Assembly: GCA_031409335.1 (NCBI GenBank)
Contig: JANNWY010000017.1
Location: forward strand, 1-30,739
Direction of reading: 5' to 3'
Length of the DNA stretch: 30,739 nt
From: Chthoniobacteraceae bacterium
GTDB taxonomy: Bacteria > Verrucomicrobiota > Verrucomicrobiia > Chthoniobacterales > Chthoniobacteraceae
Position numbers and translations under genes: made by a program. Of this stretch, positions 19,111 through 29,441 are shown one piece after another. The number at the start of each line of letters is the position of its first letter. The first letter of the stretch is position 1. The notes below the pieces were generated by a model, which made no database searches, was not told the DNA's origin, and saw only the letters and a list, made by a program, of their open reading frames with translations.

Positions 19111-20400
19111 TCAGCCCACCGCAGTCGGCGTGAGGATCGCGTCCTTCATGCCGTGCAGCAGCTTCTTGTCGGCGGGCGCGACGGTGGCGAGCGCGCCACC
19201 GAGATGCGTGCGGTTGTCGTGGACGAAATAGTATGGGCACAGCCGCACGCGCCCGCGCAGGCTGGCCATCGCGCCCGTCACCGGATCGCGATAGGGCTGC
19301 TCGACGATGCGGCCTTTGTGAAAGCGCTGGAGGATCCACGGGTGATGCGGAAATTCATCGAGCCCGCGCTGAATCGCCGCCTGCCACTCCGCCTGCGGCG
19401 CATCGCTGCCGAGGGTGACGCTGCGGCTGCCCCAACCGATTTCGGAGAAGCCGCTGATTTTCAAAATGAGGTCGCGCTGCTTTTGCGAAAAACGCATCAC
19501 TTCACTCCAATCGTGAACGTCGAGTCCGGGAATGACCGCGTGCTGCGGCAGCGGCGTCGGGTCGAGGATCCACGTGTACGGGATGACTTGCTGGAGCTTG
19601 AGAAAATGACGCTCGCTAAGTTCGCGCCGCCAGAATTCGCGGAGTGGTCGCATCCAAAAAAGTGCGAACCAAAGTTTCTCTTCGAGATACGGTTTGATCG
19701 GCGGAGTGATGCTTGCGCCGCCAGCCGCTGCGGCATCGAAAATCGCCGCGGCGGCCGGGATGTTTGGGAGGTCGAAGAGTTCGAAGAAGCGGTAGAGGGA
19801 TTGCAGATTGCGGATTGCGGATTGCGGATTGCCGACTCGCAGCGCACCGCCGCTGAGCCGCGCGAGATATTCCATCTCTGGGCGATACGTCGCGGCTTCT
19901 TCGGAAATGAGAATGTCGGCATTGCCGCCGAGGATTTTCAGGAAGCCATCGAGCATTCCGCTCGCGCCGCCGAGGATGTCGTGGCCTAGCGAGGCGTAGG
20001 TCGTGTTCAGCCAATGCGTGAGGCCGATGCCGCCGGGGACGCTGTCCAGTTCGGCGATGATGAAGCCTTCATCGGTGAGGATAATGTCGGGGCGGATGAC
20101 GCGCGGGAGGTCGTCGCGGAATTCTTTGCGACGCGAAAACTCGATGAGTTCGGGCGGCTTTCCGCGATCGAGATAGTCCGCGATCCACGCGGGCTGCCTG
20201 CCCGCGATGCTTTGCTGGTAAAGGAGATTGCAGGCGCGATTGAAGAGCTGGAGCCGGTAGCCGAGCTTTTCGAGTTCCTCCGCAAACGCGGCGTCGATCG
20301 GAAACGGCTCCGGCGAAATGAGCCAGCTCTTGTCCGCAAACAAACCTTCCGGCGGAGCAGCAGCCTTGATGGTCGCGACATTTTCGAGCGGCGACATCAT
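19111..20400 (-). CDS. Putative ATP-grasp amide ligase (glutathionylspermidine-synthase / circularly permuted ATP-grasp-like)
   Basis: IRPDIILT..IAELDSVPGG; YLEEKLWFA; LILKISG..GWGSRSVTLG; WILQRF; start refined to ATG 20400. Confidence 0.65.
   Translation of the reverse strand: MMSPLENVATIKAAAPPEGLFADKSWLISPEPFPIDAAFAEELEKLGYRLQLFNRACNLLYQQSIAGRQPAWIADYLDRGKPPELIEFSRRKEFRDDLPRVIRPDIILTDEGFIIAELDSVPGGIGLTHWLNTTYASLGHDILGGASGMLDGFLKILGGNADILISEEAATYRPEMEYLARLSGGALRVGNPQSAIRNLQSLYRFFELFDLPNIPAAAAIFDAAAAGGASITPPIKPYLEEKLWFALFWMRPLREFWRRELSERHFLKLQQVIPYTWILDPTPLPQHAVIPGLDVHDWSEVMRFSQKQRDLILKISGFSEIGWGSRSVTLGSDAPQAEWQAAIQRGLDEFPHHPWILQRFHKGRIVEQPYRDPVTGAMASLRGRVRLCPYYFVHDNRTHLGGALATVAPADKKLLHGMKDAILTPTAVG
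19799..19833. repeat. Heptamer tandem repeat (GATTGCG)x5 inside a CDS
   Basis: GATTGCA GATTGCG GATTGCG GATTGCG GATTGCC; encodes GNPQSAIRNLQS on the minus strand. Confidence 0.95.
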
Positions 20401-20405
20401 GGAAT

Positions 20406-20515
<110 letters not shown>

Positions 20516-21121
20516 TCAGATCAAAAGTTTCAGCGCCGCCCGAATCATCTCCTCCACACTCAGCGCCGCCCCGCCCTTCTCCTGCGCCGTCTTCACTGCC
20601 TTGTGCGCGTCGGCCTGTTTGTAACCGAGCGCGATCAGCGCCAGCACCGCATCATTGATCTGCGCCTCCTGCGGCGTCGGCGCATGCCCCGCGCTCGCCG
20701 CCTCCCACGCGGCGGCGACGCCAACCTTGTCTTTCAACTCCACGACGATGCGCTCCGCCGTCTTTTTCCCGATCCCTTTCACCCGCGAAAGCGAAGCCGT
20801 GTCCCCCGCCACGACTGCCGCCTTGAAACTCGTCACGCTCGTCCCGCTCAACACATCGAGCGCCGTGCGCGGGCCGATGCCGCTGACATTCGCGACGAGC
20901 AGGCGGAAGAGATCGCGCTCCGCCGCGCTGCAAAATCCGTAGAGAATGTGCGCGTCCTCGCGGACCTGGAGATGGGTTAAAATCTTGAACTGCTGGCCGA
21001 CCGCCGGGAGTTTGTCGTAACTCGAAAGCGGAATCGCCACATGATACCCGACCCCATGCACCGACATCACGACATGCGTCGGCAACGCTTCGACCAGCAC
21101 GCCTTCGAGAAAGGTAATCAT
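20516..21121 (-). CDS. ruvA: Holliday junction branch migration protein RuvA
   Basis: MITFLEG; VHGVGY; THLQVREDAHILYGF; VSGIGPRTAL; VKGIGKKTAERIVVELKDK; ALIALGY; start ATG 21121. Confidence 0.97.
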   Translation of the reverse strand: MITFLEGVLVEALPTHVVMSVHGVGYHVAIPLSSYDKLPAVGQQFKILTHLQVREDAHILYGFCSAAERDLFRLLVANVSGIGPRTALDVLSGTSVTSFKAAVVAGDTASLSRVKGIGKKTAERIVVELKDKVGVAAAWEAASAGHAPTPQEAQINDAVLALIALGYKQADAHKAVKTAQEKGGAALSVEEMIRAALKLLI

Positions 21122-21161
21122 GGCGGTTACATAAAAGGCGGGCGCGTCGGTGGGAAGGGAA

Positions 21162-21189
21162 GATTGCGGATTGCGGATTGTGGATTGCG
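21162..21189. repeat. Heptamer tandem repeat (GATTGCG)x4
   Basis: GATTGCG GATTGCG GATTGTG GATTGCG between ruvA and the divergent gene. Confidence 0.95.
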
Positions 21190-21766
21190 GATCGTTCCGC
21201 TGCTGATCGCGCTCTCCCACGCGAGCGCGCAGGAGCCGGGGACGCCTTTTATTTTGATCGAACCGAAGTTTATGAAAGCGCCCGTGAGCACGCCGATCGC
21301 GTCGGCGGAAAAGACGGAATTGGTCGCCGCGATCATGGGCGAATCCGAAGTCTCCTACCTGCGCCGCGCGGAGTTCGACGCGATGAAATTGGACTGGCCA
21401 GCCTTCGCCGAAAAAACGCGGGCGAGTGCGGAAGCGGAACTCAAAGCCATGACGACCGCATACACGCGCGACAAAAAAAAGGTGATCCTCTACGCCAAAC
21501 TCCATTCACCCCACGCGCTCATCGCCAGCGCCATCCTCGCCCCAAAATTCCTCGATCTCTTCAAAAACACGCTCGGCGAAAAAGTGCTCATCGTGATTCC
21601 CAATCGCTCCACCGCCTACATCTTCCCCACCCTCGCCAGCAGTTACCGCGAATACTCACCCATGGTCTTCGAAGCGTATCGCGCAACAGCCTTTCCGGTG
21701 AGCACGGAACTCTTCGAGCTGAGCACCGCGGGGTTGAAAACCGTCGGCGCATTCGAGGAGCCGTAG
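21164..21766 (+). CDS. Exported hypothetical protein (weak DUF1444-like C-terminal part)
   Basis: Signal-like IVPLLIALSHASA-QE; IASAILAPKF..VLIVIPNRSTAYIF; nearest in-frame starts are TTG 21164 and TTG 21185, both inside the repeat. Confidence 0.7.
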   Translation: MRIADCGLRIVPLLIALSHASAQEPGTPFILIEPKFMKAPVSTPIASAEKTELVAAIMGESEVSYLRRAEFDAMKLDWPAFAEKTRASAEAELKAMTTAYTRDKKKVILYAKLHSPHALIASAILAPKFLDLFKNTLGEKVLIVIPNRSTAYIFPTLASSYREYSPMVFEAYRATAFPVSTELFELSTAGLKTVGAFEEP

Positions 21767-21873
21767 CGCCGATCACGCGAGAGCCGCGCGGAGCGACGCC
21801 AGCCAACTTGAGCCGCACAACTGTCACGAGAAACCCTTTGCCGGTTTGATTGGTCGCGTGGACTTTCGGTTGC

Positions 21874-23355
21874 GTGTCGCGCTGCATTCCGCTCCTTTTC
21901 ACATTCGTTTGCGTTGCGGGCGCACTCGCCGCGCCGTTGCAAATTCGCGTCGCCACATACAACGCTTCGCTCAATCGGGATGCGCAGGGACAGTTGGCGA
22001 CTGATCTCGCCGGGACGACGAACGCTCAGGCAAAACAGGTCGCGCAAATCCTCCAGCGCGTGCGGCCGGACATCGTTCTCATCAACGAATTCGACGTTGA
22101 CCCTTCCAACCCGACATCGGCCACTTCCGCGATCGTCCGCTTTCACAACAACTACCTCGCCGTCTCGCAAAGTGGTCAGGCGGCGCTCAGCTATCCGTAT
22201 TTCTACGCGGCGATCTCAAACACGGGCGTCGTGACCGGCGCGACGCTTGTGACGAATGGCGATTTCGACAACAACGGCTCGGTCGTCACCACCTACAATG
22301 CCGGAGCGAGCACCACGACGAAGAACAACTTCGGCAATGACTGCTTCGGATTCGGCTGGTTTCCGGGGCAGTACAGTTTCGCGGTGTATTCAAAGTATCC
22401 GATTCAGACGGCGGCGATTCGATCCTTCAAGCTTTTCAAATGGAAGGACATGCCCGGAAACGTGATGCCGCCCGGCTATTACACGACGAACGAGCAAGGC
22501 ATCTTTCGGCTTTCATCGAAAAATCACGTCGATCTACCCATTGAGGTAAAGCCAGGACATGTCGTGCATCTGCTCGCGAGCCATCCGACGCCGCCGGCTT
22601 TCGACGGCACGGAAGATCGGAATGGCCGGCGCAATCACGACGAAATCCGGCTGTGGGCCGACTACGTCAGCAACGCGCAATATCTCTACGATGATGCGAA
22701 CGTCTTTGGCGGGCTGGCGGGGGAACAGCGCTTCATCGTGCTCGGTGATTTGAACGCTGATCCATTCGATGGCGACAGTTTCAACAACGCCGTCCGGCAA
22801 CTGCGCGATAACCCGCGGATCAATGGCACGACCAACCCCGCAAGCCCCGGCGGCACGCAGCAGGCGGCGCTGCAAGGCGGCGCAAACGCGAACGACATCG
22901 GCAATCCTGCGCACGACACGTCGGATTTTTTTGACGGGCTTCCGAACGGCGCGGGAAATCTGCGCGTCGATCACGTGCTGCCATCGAAGCTGGGCTTCGG
23001 CGTCACCGGCAGTGGTGTGTTTTGGCCTTTGAATACGGACCCGACTTTCGCGCTGATCGCCGCGTCGGATCACCGGCTCGTGTATCTCGATCTCACGGTG
23101 ACTCCGATCGTGAGTCAGGCCGTGCGAAACCTTGTGCCTGCCAGGCTGGGCGGGGATGTCGTCCTCACTTGGGGCACGCAAGTCGGCGTCTCCTACACGA
23201 TGCAAACCAGCCCGAATCTTTCCACCTGGACGGATGCGCCGGGCATCGGAATCGTGCTCGACGGCGGCACGCAAACGGCGACCGCCACCGATGCGGGCGC
23301 GGCTGCCGGGCCGGATGTTTTCTACCGCATCGTCTGTACGCTCGAAGCGCCGTAG
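21874..23355 (+). CDS. Secreted endonuclease/exonuclease/phosphatase (EEP) family protein with small C-terminal beta domain
   Basis: RVATYN; RPDIVLINEFD; RLSSKNH; SHPTPPAFDG; VLGDLNADP; LRVDHVLPS; ASDHRLV; start GTG 21874 or TTG 21850. Confidence 0.9.
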   Translation: MSRCIPLLFTFVCVAGALAAPLQIRVATYNASLNRDAQGQLATDLAGTTNAQAKQVAQILQRVRPDIVLINEFDVDPSNPTSATSAIVRFHNNYLAVSQSGQAALSYPYFYAAISNTGVVTGATLVTNGDFDNNGSVVTTYNAGASTTTKNNFGNDCFGFGWFPGQYSFAVYSKYPIQTAAIRSFKLFKWKDMPGNVMPPGYYTTNEQGIFRLSSKNHVDLPIEVKPGHVVHLLASHPTPPAFDGTEDRNGRRNHDEIRLWADYVSNAQYLYDDANVFGGLAGEQRFIVLGDLNADPFDGDSFNNAVRQLRDNPRINGTTNPASPGGTQQAALQGGANANDIGNPAHDTSDFFDGLPNGAGNLRVDHVLPSKLGFGVTGSGVFWPLNTDPTFALIAASDHRLVYLDLTVTPIVSQAVRNLVPARLGGDVVLTWGTQVGVSYTMQTSPNLSTWTDAPGIGIVLDGGTQTATATDAGAAAGPDVFYRIVCTLEAP

Positions 23356-23403
23356 CGCGGGAGTTTCCGCACCACGGCGGCGTCAAGGATTTGCGCGGAT
23401 TCT

Positions 23404-24336
23404 TTAGAACTCGACGGTGAGGCCGCCGGAGAAAACGTGCTCGCTGCTGCTGCCATCGCGGACGCTTCCGCCCGTTGCCGCAGTGTTATAGTCGCGGGTT
23501 CCGTCGCCTAGGTTGAAGTACGAATAACCCGCGTGCAGTGACCAGTCGCCGTAACACTCGGGGATGCACTTGAGGGCATAGGTGAGATTCACGCCCGCTG
23601 TGAAGTAGCCATAAGTCTCATCGCCGCCTGCCGCATTCGTGTAGCCGCCGCTTGAACCGAATCCCGCCGAGATCGGCAGCGATACTTCGAAATCGCCAAA
23701 GGCGCGCGACGGCGCGATTCCGAATTCGTAGAGGAATCCCTCATCGGACCCGGTGCCAATCTTGTTCTCGACTTCCCACCACACATTCACCCACGGATGC
23801 AGCGCCAGCGCTCCGAGCAGATCGGTGTCGTCATAGCTCAGTTTGAAACTCAAAGTTTGCGCGGTCTCGAACGCATCGTTCGGGCTCAGGTAAAATGTGT
23901 AAGTCGGGCTGAACGAAAAATTCTTTAGGAAAGCAACAGTGAGCCCGATGGAAAAATCCGTCTCGAACCACGCCCGGGTCGTCTGTGCTCCGCCGCTCAC
24001 CGCTCCCGCATCGGTATGGCGCGAGTGGAAGGAATTCCACCAGCCGATGTCGAGGCTCACGCCATTGAGCGCGCCTTCCCCTTCCTGAAGCTGAAAGCTC
24101 AGCGAGCCATACGGCTGGATGATCGCCGACTGATTTTCATAAACGACGCCATGCGAGATATACATGGAGACCACATCGATTCCGATGCTGCCGGAGATGC
24201 ACGATTCCTTGCATTTCTCGATCGGGACTTTGTCTTTGCCGGACATTACGGCCACCGGGCCGGCGCAGGCGATGGCGGGGATTGCGAGGATTCCTGCGGC
24301 TAAAATGCGCAGCGTTTTTGTGGTTCGGTTTTTCAT
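23404..24336 (-). CDS. Putative outer-membrane beta-barrel protein
   Basis: Signal peptide; YISHGVV..QP; amphipathic aromatic-rich strands; C-terminal VFSGGLTVEF. Confidence 0.78.
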   Translation of the reverse strand: MKNRTTKTLRILAAGILAIPAIACAGPVAVMSGKDKVPIEKCKESCISGSIGIDVVSMYISHGVVYENQSAIIQPYGSLSFQLQEGEGALNGVSLDIGWWNSFHSRHTDAGAVSGGAQTTRAWFETDFSIGLTVAFLKNFSFSPTYTFYLSPNDAFETAQTLSFKLSYDDTDLLGALALHPWVNVWWEVENKIGTGSDEGFLYEFGIAPSRAFGDFEVSLPISAGFGSSGGYTNAAGGDETYGYFTAGVNLTYALKCIPECYGDWSLHAGYSYFNLGDGTRDYNTAATGGSVRDGSSSEHVFSGGLTVEF

Positions 24337-24511
24337 GGGGTGTGGGTGGTGAGCCGCGATCGATAGCAGCCCCGCGCAAACCCGAACAGCCGGAAAATCG
24401 TGCCGCGCGAGTCACCAGAATTCCCTTGTCGCCTTTGCGCCAGCGCCCGTGCTAGATAAAAGCGGCAGTCGGGCAACCGAACGATTGCTCCTCCAAAAAA
24501 TCGAACACGTC

Positions 24512-24940
24512 ATGTCCAAGGAACATCATTCATCCCAAAGCAAAACGGGGCTCGCGCGCGTGTTGCTCGTCATTGTGTTTCTGATCCTTTGCGGCGGCCA
24601 CTTCGCTTTCTGGAAGTTCGGTTTTTACAATGGCAGACCCAATCCAAGTCTCCCGGCGATGCCGGGTCTCGTGATCGGATCGTGCCTCGCATCGACCGTC
24701 ATGGTCGGCGCGATCTGGATTCGCAAGGCGCTGGCCCGCACGGCGCTCATCGTTTTCACCTGGATCATGATGTTTGTCTTCTCAATCCCGGGGCTGCTCA
24801 TGATGAGCGACCGCACTTCGATGCAGAAGGGCGCGCTTGAATTGCTCGGAGCCGGACTCGGCGCGTATCTGCTCGCAAACATCCTCCTGATCGTCGCCGA
24901 GCCGATCCATCGCCTGGGCGCGACGCGCGGCTGTCGCTGA
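24512..24940 (+). CDS. Hypothetical integral membrane protein (about 4 TM)
   Basis: Four hydrophobic segments; start refined to ATG 24512. Confidence 0.75.
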   Translation: MSKEHHSSQSKTGLARVLLVIVFLILCGGHFAFWKFGFYNGRPNPSLPAMPGLVIGSCLASTVMVGAIWIRKALARTALIVFTWIMMFVFSIPGLLMMSDRTSMQKGALELLGAGLGAYLLANILLIVAEPIHRLGATRGCR

Positions 24941-24952
24941 CCGCGCGAGCCG

Positions 24953-26422
24953 TTACGCGAACAGCGCGGTGACGGGCTTCGCTTTTACCAATTCGCGCGG
25001 CTGATTGAGATGATTGTAAACGATCGTCTCGGGGTCGATGCCGACCGCGTGGTAAATCAGCGCGAGCAATTCCGTCGGATGCACCGGATCGGATTTCGGG
25101 CTCGATCCCGTCGCGTCGGATTCGCCGTGGACGTAGCCGCGCTTGATGCCCGCGCCTGCCACGCAAGCCGTGTAGCAGTATGGCCAGTGATCGCGCCCGT
25201 CCGCGCTGTTCACATTCCCGCTCGTGCTCACGCCGCGCTCCGGGGTGCGTCCGAATTCACCGAGCGCCACCACGAGCGTTTCATCCAGCAGACCGCGCTG
25301 ATCGAGATCCTCAATGAACGCGCTGAACCCATTGTCGAACATCGGCCCAGCCTGGTTTTTCAACCGGTCAGTCAGCCCCGCGTGCATGTCCCACGAATGA
25401 TTGTCCGAGTTCGCGACCTTCGGCCAGATCACTTCGACGACGCGCGTCCCCGCCTCCACCAGCCGCCGCGCGAGCAGCAGACTTTGCCCGAACGTATTCA
25501 TCCCGTAACTCTCGCGCATCTTCGCAGACTCATGGTCGATCGCGAACGCATCGCGCGCCTTCCCGCTGGTGATGAGGTCGAGCGCCTTGCCGTAGTATTC
25601 GTCGAGATGGTAATTCGCCACCGCTTTGTCGATGTCCGGCATCGCCGCCTCCATCGACTGCCGCAGACTCGCGCGCCGCTGGAGCCGCGCCGCAAAAACG
25701 TCGGGCCGCAATTTCAGATCATCGACTTTGATGCGATTCATCTTTGTCATGTCGAGATCGTCGCCATCTGGGAAAAGCGTGTACGGATCGAACGCCTTGC
25801 CGAGAAAGCCCGCCGTGCCGCCCTTGCCGACCACGTTCGATTCCTGCAACGGCCGCGGCAGCATCACCAGCGGCAGCATTGGCTCCGTGGGCGGTTTCAG
25901 CCGGATGATCTGCGAGCCGAAATTCGGATAGTCTTTCGCATTCGGCGGCTCGAGCTGGCCGGACGGCGAAACCTTGTCCGTCGTGTATCCCGTCATGATT
26001 TGGTAAATCGCCGCGGTGTGATTGAAGAGCCCGTTTGGCGTGTAGCTCATCGAGCGCACCATCGTCAGCTTGTCGTTCAGCTTCGCGAGCCGGGGCAGCA
26101 CCTCGGTGAAATTGATGCCGGGAATCTTCGTCGAGATGTTTTTGAATGAGCTGCGGATTTTGTCCGGCACATTTTCCTTCGGGTCCCAAAGATCGAGATG
26201 GCTCGGCCCACCTTGCAGATAGACCATGATGACGCTCTTCGCCTTCCCCCACCCCGGCCCGCCCTTCACCGCCGCCTCCGCCGCACGCGCCTTCAGACTG
26301 AACAGTGACCCCAGCGAAAGCCCCATGATCGCCGAGCCACCGACGCGCAACAAATCGCGCCGCGTGATGCCGAGGTGCGAGTCGCAAAGGTCACGACCGG
26401 GATTGCCAGGAATACGAATCAT
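24953..26422 (-). CDS. DUF1501 domain protein with Tat signal
   Basis: [59 protein letters not shown]; start ATG 26422. Confidence 0.93.
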   Translation of the reverse strand: MIRIPGNPGRDLCDSHLGITRRDLLRVGGSAIMGLSLGSLFSLKARAAEAAVKGGPGWGKAKSVIMVYLQGGPSHLDLWDPKENVPDKIRSSFKNISTKIPGINFTEVLPRLAKLNDKLTMVRSMSYTPNGLFNHTAAIYQIMTGYTTDKVSPSGQLEPPNAKDYPNFGSQIIRLKPPTEPMLPLVMLPRPLQESNVVGKGGTAGFLGKAFDPYTLFPDGDDLDMTKMNRIKVDDLKLRPDVFAARLQRRASLRQSMEAAMPDIDKAVANYHLDEYYGKALDLITSGKARDAFAIDHESAKMRESYGMNTFGQSLLLARRLVEAGTRVVEVIWPKVANSDNHSWDMHAGLTDRLKNQAGPMFDNGFSAFIEDLDQRGLLDETLVVALGEFGRTPERGVSTSGNVNSADGRDHWPYCYTACVAGAGIKRGYVHGESDATGSSPKSDPVHPTELLALIYHAVGIDPETIVYNHLNQPRELVKAKPVTALFA

Positions 26423-26676
26423 AGAATGGAGCGGGTCAGGGGTTCGCGGGGTATAGCCCGGCGTGAGGGTGAACTTAGCCGGGATTTGCGACCAGCGCGC
26501 CTTCGCGGACTTCGCTCGCGATTCGCTTTGGCGACAGCTCCCCGCGGGTGAATATCCATTCGTCCGTCCCGAAAGCCATCTTCTGAATGTGGATTGCCCG
26601 TTGCCCAGTGACTCCTGCTTTTCAGCGTCCACGGCGTAAAGAAGGGCGTAAAGCAGTCGCGAATAACACGACCGAA

Positions 26677-27543
26677 ATGAACGAACCCACTCCTCTTCCC
26701 CGCGCCTGGCTGATCACCGGGAGTTCGAGTGGCTTCGGCCTTGCGCTAGCCTCGGCAGTGCTGGCTCGCGGGCAACGGGTCATCGCCACAGCACGCCAGC
26801 CGGCGGCGCTGGCTGAACTCGCCACGCAATATCCCGAGACGTGTCGCGTGCTTGCGCTCGATGTCACGGATTCCGCGCAGGTAAAGGCCGTGGTGGCGCA
26901 GGCGGCGGAGGCGTTTGGCCGATTGGATGTGGTCGTGAACAATGCGGGTTACGGTGTCGTCGGTGCTTTTGAAGAACTCGGCGCGGAGCAAATCGCCCGC
27001 AATTTCGACACGAACTTTTTCGGCGCGTTGGAAGTCATCCGCGCGGCGCTGCCGATCCTGCGCTCCCAAGGCACCGGGCATCTCGTGAACATGTCCGCCG
27101 CCGCGGTGATCTCCAACTACGCCGGATTTTCCATCTACGGCGCGAGCAAATGGGCGCTCGAAGGCGTGTCCGAATCACTCGCCATCGAACTGAAACCGCT
27201 CGGGATCAAAGTAACGATTGTGCAGCCCGGCCCGTTTCGCACGGACTTCATCTGCCGCTCGCTCCAGCGCGCGGATGGTCACATCGCCGACTACGATCGC
27301 ACGAGCGGAAAGTTCCTGCGCTTCCTCGAAACGATGGCGGGAAAACAGCCCGGCGATCCGGCGCGAGCGGCGGACGCGATCATCGCCGCCGTGGAATCCG
27401 ACGCGCCGCCGCTGCGCCTCGTGCTCGGCAAATACGCGAACGACAAGACGCGCAGGAAACTCGCTGACACGGAAAAAGAGCGCGCCGCGTGGGAGCCCAC
27501 GGGCCAGCCGACGGACTTTGCAGCCACGCCGCAAAACGGATGA
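26677..27543 (+). CDS. Short-chain dehydrogenase/reductase
   Basis: [34 protein letters not shown]; start ATG 26677. Confidence 0.95.
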   Translation: MNEPTPLPRAWLITGSSSGFGLALASAVLARGQRVIATARQPAALAELATQYPETCRVLALDVTDSAQVKAVVAQAAEAFGRLDVVVNNAGYGVVGAFEELGAEQIARNFDTNFFGALEVIRAALPILRSQGTGHLVNMSAAAVISNYAGFSIYGASKWALEGVSESLAIELKPLGIKVTIVQPGPFRTDFICRSLQRADGHIADYDRTSGKFLRFLETMAGKQPGDPARAADAIIAAVESDAPPLRLVLGKYANDKTRRKLADTEKERAAWEPTGQPTDFAATPQNG

Positions 27544-28406
27544 ACACGCTCACGTCCCGATGCCTGCTCGTCGCAGCGGTGGCTCTCCTGAATGCCTGCG
27601 CGTCGCCGCAGATTTCGACCGGCGTTCTGCGGAAGTCCGATCCTGGAGCTGCCGCGCTCGTCGCCGCGTCGCAGCGGGCGCATGGGAAGAAAGCATTCGC
27701 GAAAGTGCACGATGTCAGCGTGCGATATGACGGCCGCTGGGCTTCGATCGGGCCGCGCTTTCAGACGGTGCTCGCGGACACGAAAATCCGGCGCGGCTCC
27801 GAAGAGCGGCTCGTCCTCGCTTCGCGCACGATCGCGCAGGAGCACTCGGGTCCGGCGGGGAAAAAGGTGGTCGTGCGCGAGCGTGGAAAAACAGCGGTCG
27901 CCTACAACGGCACACCTTCAAACGACCCGGAAACCAAGCGCGCAGCAGCGCTCGTGGCCGATGCCTACACGCTGTTCCTGCTCGGACCATTTTACTTCGA
28001 CCGGCCCGGCGTGGTCTTCGCGCCCGCGGGTGAAGCTATCGTGGACCAGGCCGCCTGTGACCGCGTGCTTGCGGTGCTGCGACCGGGATTCGGGCTGGCG
28101 GAAGAAGATCGCGTGATCCTTTTCATCGACCGCGCCAGCAAACAACTCCGCCGCGTCCGCATGACTTTGAACGGTCTCGAAAGCACGCGCGGCGCGGAGA
28201 TCGATGTGACCTTCCGCGATTTCCGCACGATCGGCGGCATCGTGTGGCCGACCGATTTCGACGAACGCATCCGCATCCCGCTCGATCTCCACGCGCACCA
28301 CTGGCGATTGCTCGGACTGGAGATCAATCGCGGATTTCGCGCATCGGACCTGGCGGCGAGCGGATTCAAAGGCAGCGCCGCGCGACCCGCGGCGCCATCG
28401 CCATGA
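27540..28406 (+). CDS. Hypothetical lipoprotein
   Basis: Lipobox LLNAC; beta-rich body; ATGA overlaps at both ends. Confidence 0.78.
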   Translation: MNTLTSRCLLVAAVALLNACASPQISTGVLRKSDPGAAALVAASQRAHGKKAFAKVHDVSVRYDGRWASIGPRFQTVLADTKIRRGSEERLVLASRTIAQEHSGPAGKKVVVRERGKTAVAYNGTPSNDPETKRAAALVADAYTLFLLGPFYFDRPGVVFAPAGEAIVDQAACDRVLAVLRPGFGLAEEDRVILFIDRASKQLRRVRMTLNGLESTRGAEIDVTFRDFRTIGGIVWPTDFDERIRIPLDLHAHHWRLLGLEINRGFRASDLAASGFKGSAARPAAPSP

Positions 28407-29425
28407 TCGATCAACTCCGCGGGCTCGCCTGGGGTTCCTTCATCGGCGACGCGCTCGCGATGCCGGTGCATTGGTATTACAACCGCACTGCCCTGCATCG
28501 CGACTACGGAATCGTGCGCGATTACCTCGCGCCGCGAAACCCACATGCCGACAGCATCCTCTGGCGTTCGGAATACACGGCCCTCAACGCGCGCGGCGAC
28601 ATCTTGCGCGATCAAGCGCAATACTGGGGCCAGCGCGGCATTCACTATCATCAGTTCCTGCGCGCCGGTGAAAACACGCTCAACCTTCAGCTCGCGAAAG
28701 TGCTCATCGAATCGCTGATCGCCCGCGGCGGCTACGATGGCGACGACTATCTCCGGCGATACATCGAGTTCATGCTCACGCCCGGCCAGCACCGCGATAC
28801 CTACGTCGAGGAGTATCACCGGAAATTCTTCACCGCCTACGCGCGCGGCACCGTGCCGCGAAAGTGCGCCGGGAGCGACATCCACATCGGCGGTCTCGCG
28901 CATGTCGGTATCCTATGCGCGTTCTTTTCTCAAAATGTGAAGTCCGCCCGCGAAACCGTCCGCGAGCACATCCGCCTCACGCATCACAGCGACGAAGTCC
29001 TCGCCGCTGGCGACGCGCTGACGCGAATTCTGTGCTCAGTGGCAGCGGGTGCCGATCTGCGCGATGCCATCTTCGAGCACGGCGCGGATTGGTTTTCCAA
29101 ACGCAAAGCCGAGCAGTGGTCGCGCGAACCGGACGAAGTCGTGATCGGCCACCGAGTCAGCCCAGCCTGTTACATTGCCGACGCCTTTCCCGCCTCGCTT
29201 TATCTCGCTTGGAAATACGCCGACGATTTCGAGGCCGGCGTCGTTGCCAATGCCAATGTTGGCGGCGACAACTGCCACCGCGGCGCGGTGGTTGGCGCGT
29301 TGCTCGGAGTTGCTGCCGGGACGGCGCGGATGCCTCCGCGATTCGTCGAGAAAATCCACGACGTGGCGCGGCTGCGGGCGCAAATCGATTCAGTGGTCGC
29401 CCACTCCGCGCAGCCGGCCAACTGA
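28403..29425 (+). CDS. ADP-ribosylglycohydrolase family protein (atypical motifs)
   Basis: GSFIGDALAMPVHWYY; LTH; NANVGGDNCHRGAVVGALLG; start ATG 28403. Confidence 0.88.
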   Translation: MIDQLRGLAWGSFIGDALAMPVHWYYNRTALHRDYGIVRDYLAPRNPHADSILWRSEYTALNARGDILRDQAQYWGQRGIHYHQFLRAGENTLNLQLAKVLIESLIARGGYDGDDYLRRYIEFMLTPGQHRDTYVEEYHRKFFTAYARGTVPRKCAGSDIHIGGLAHVGILCAFFSQNVKSARETVREHIRLTHHSDEVLAAGDALTRILCSVAAGADLRDAIFEHGADWFSKRKAEQWSREPDEVVIGHRVSPACYIADAFPASLYLAWKYADDFEAGVVANANVGGDNCHRGAVVGALLGVAAGTARMPPRFVEKIHDVARLRAQIDSVVAHSAQPAN

Positions 29426-29441
29426 ACCATCCATCACCATC

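Noticed and set aside
21122..21505. 128-aa N-terminal extension of RuvA
   Set aside because: Overlaps the divergent gene; RuvA homology starts at MITFLEG
26633..26653. GGCGTAAAG direct repeat upstream of the SDR
   Set aside because: Two 9-nt copies, no regulator nearby; insufficient to call an operator
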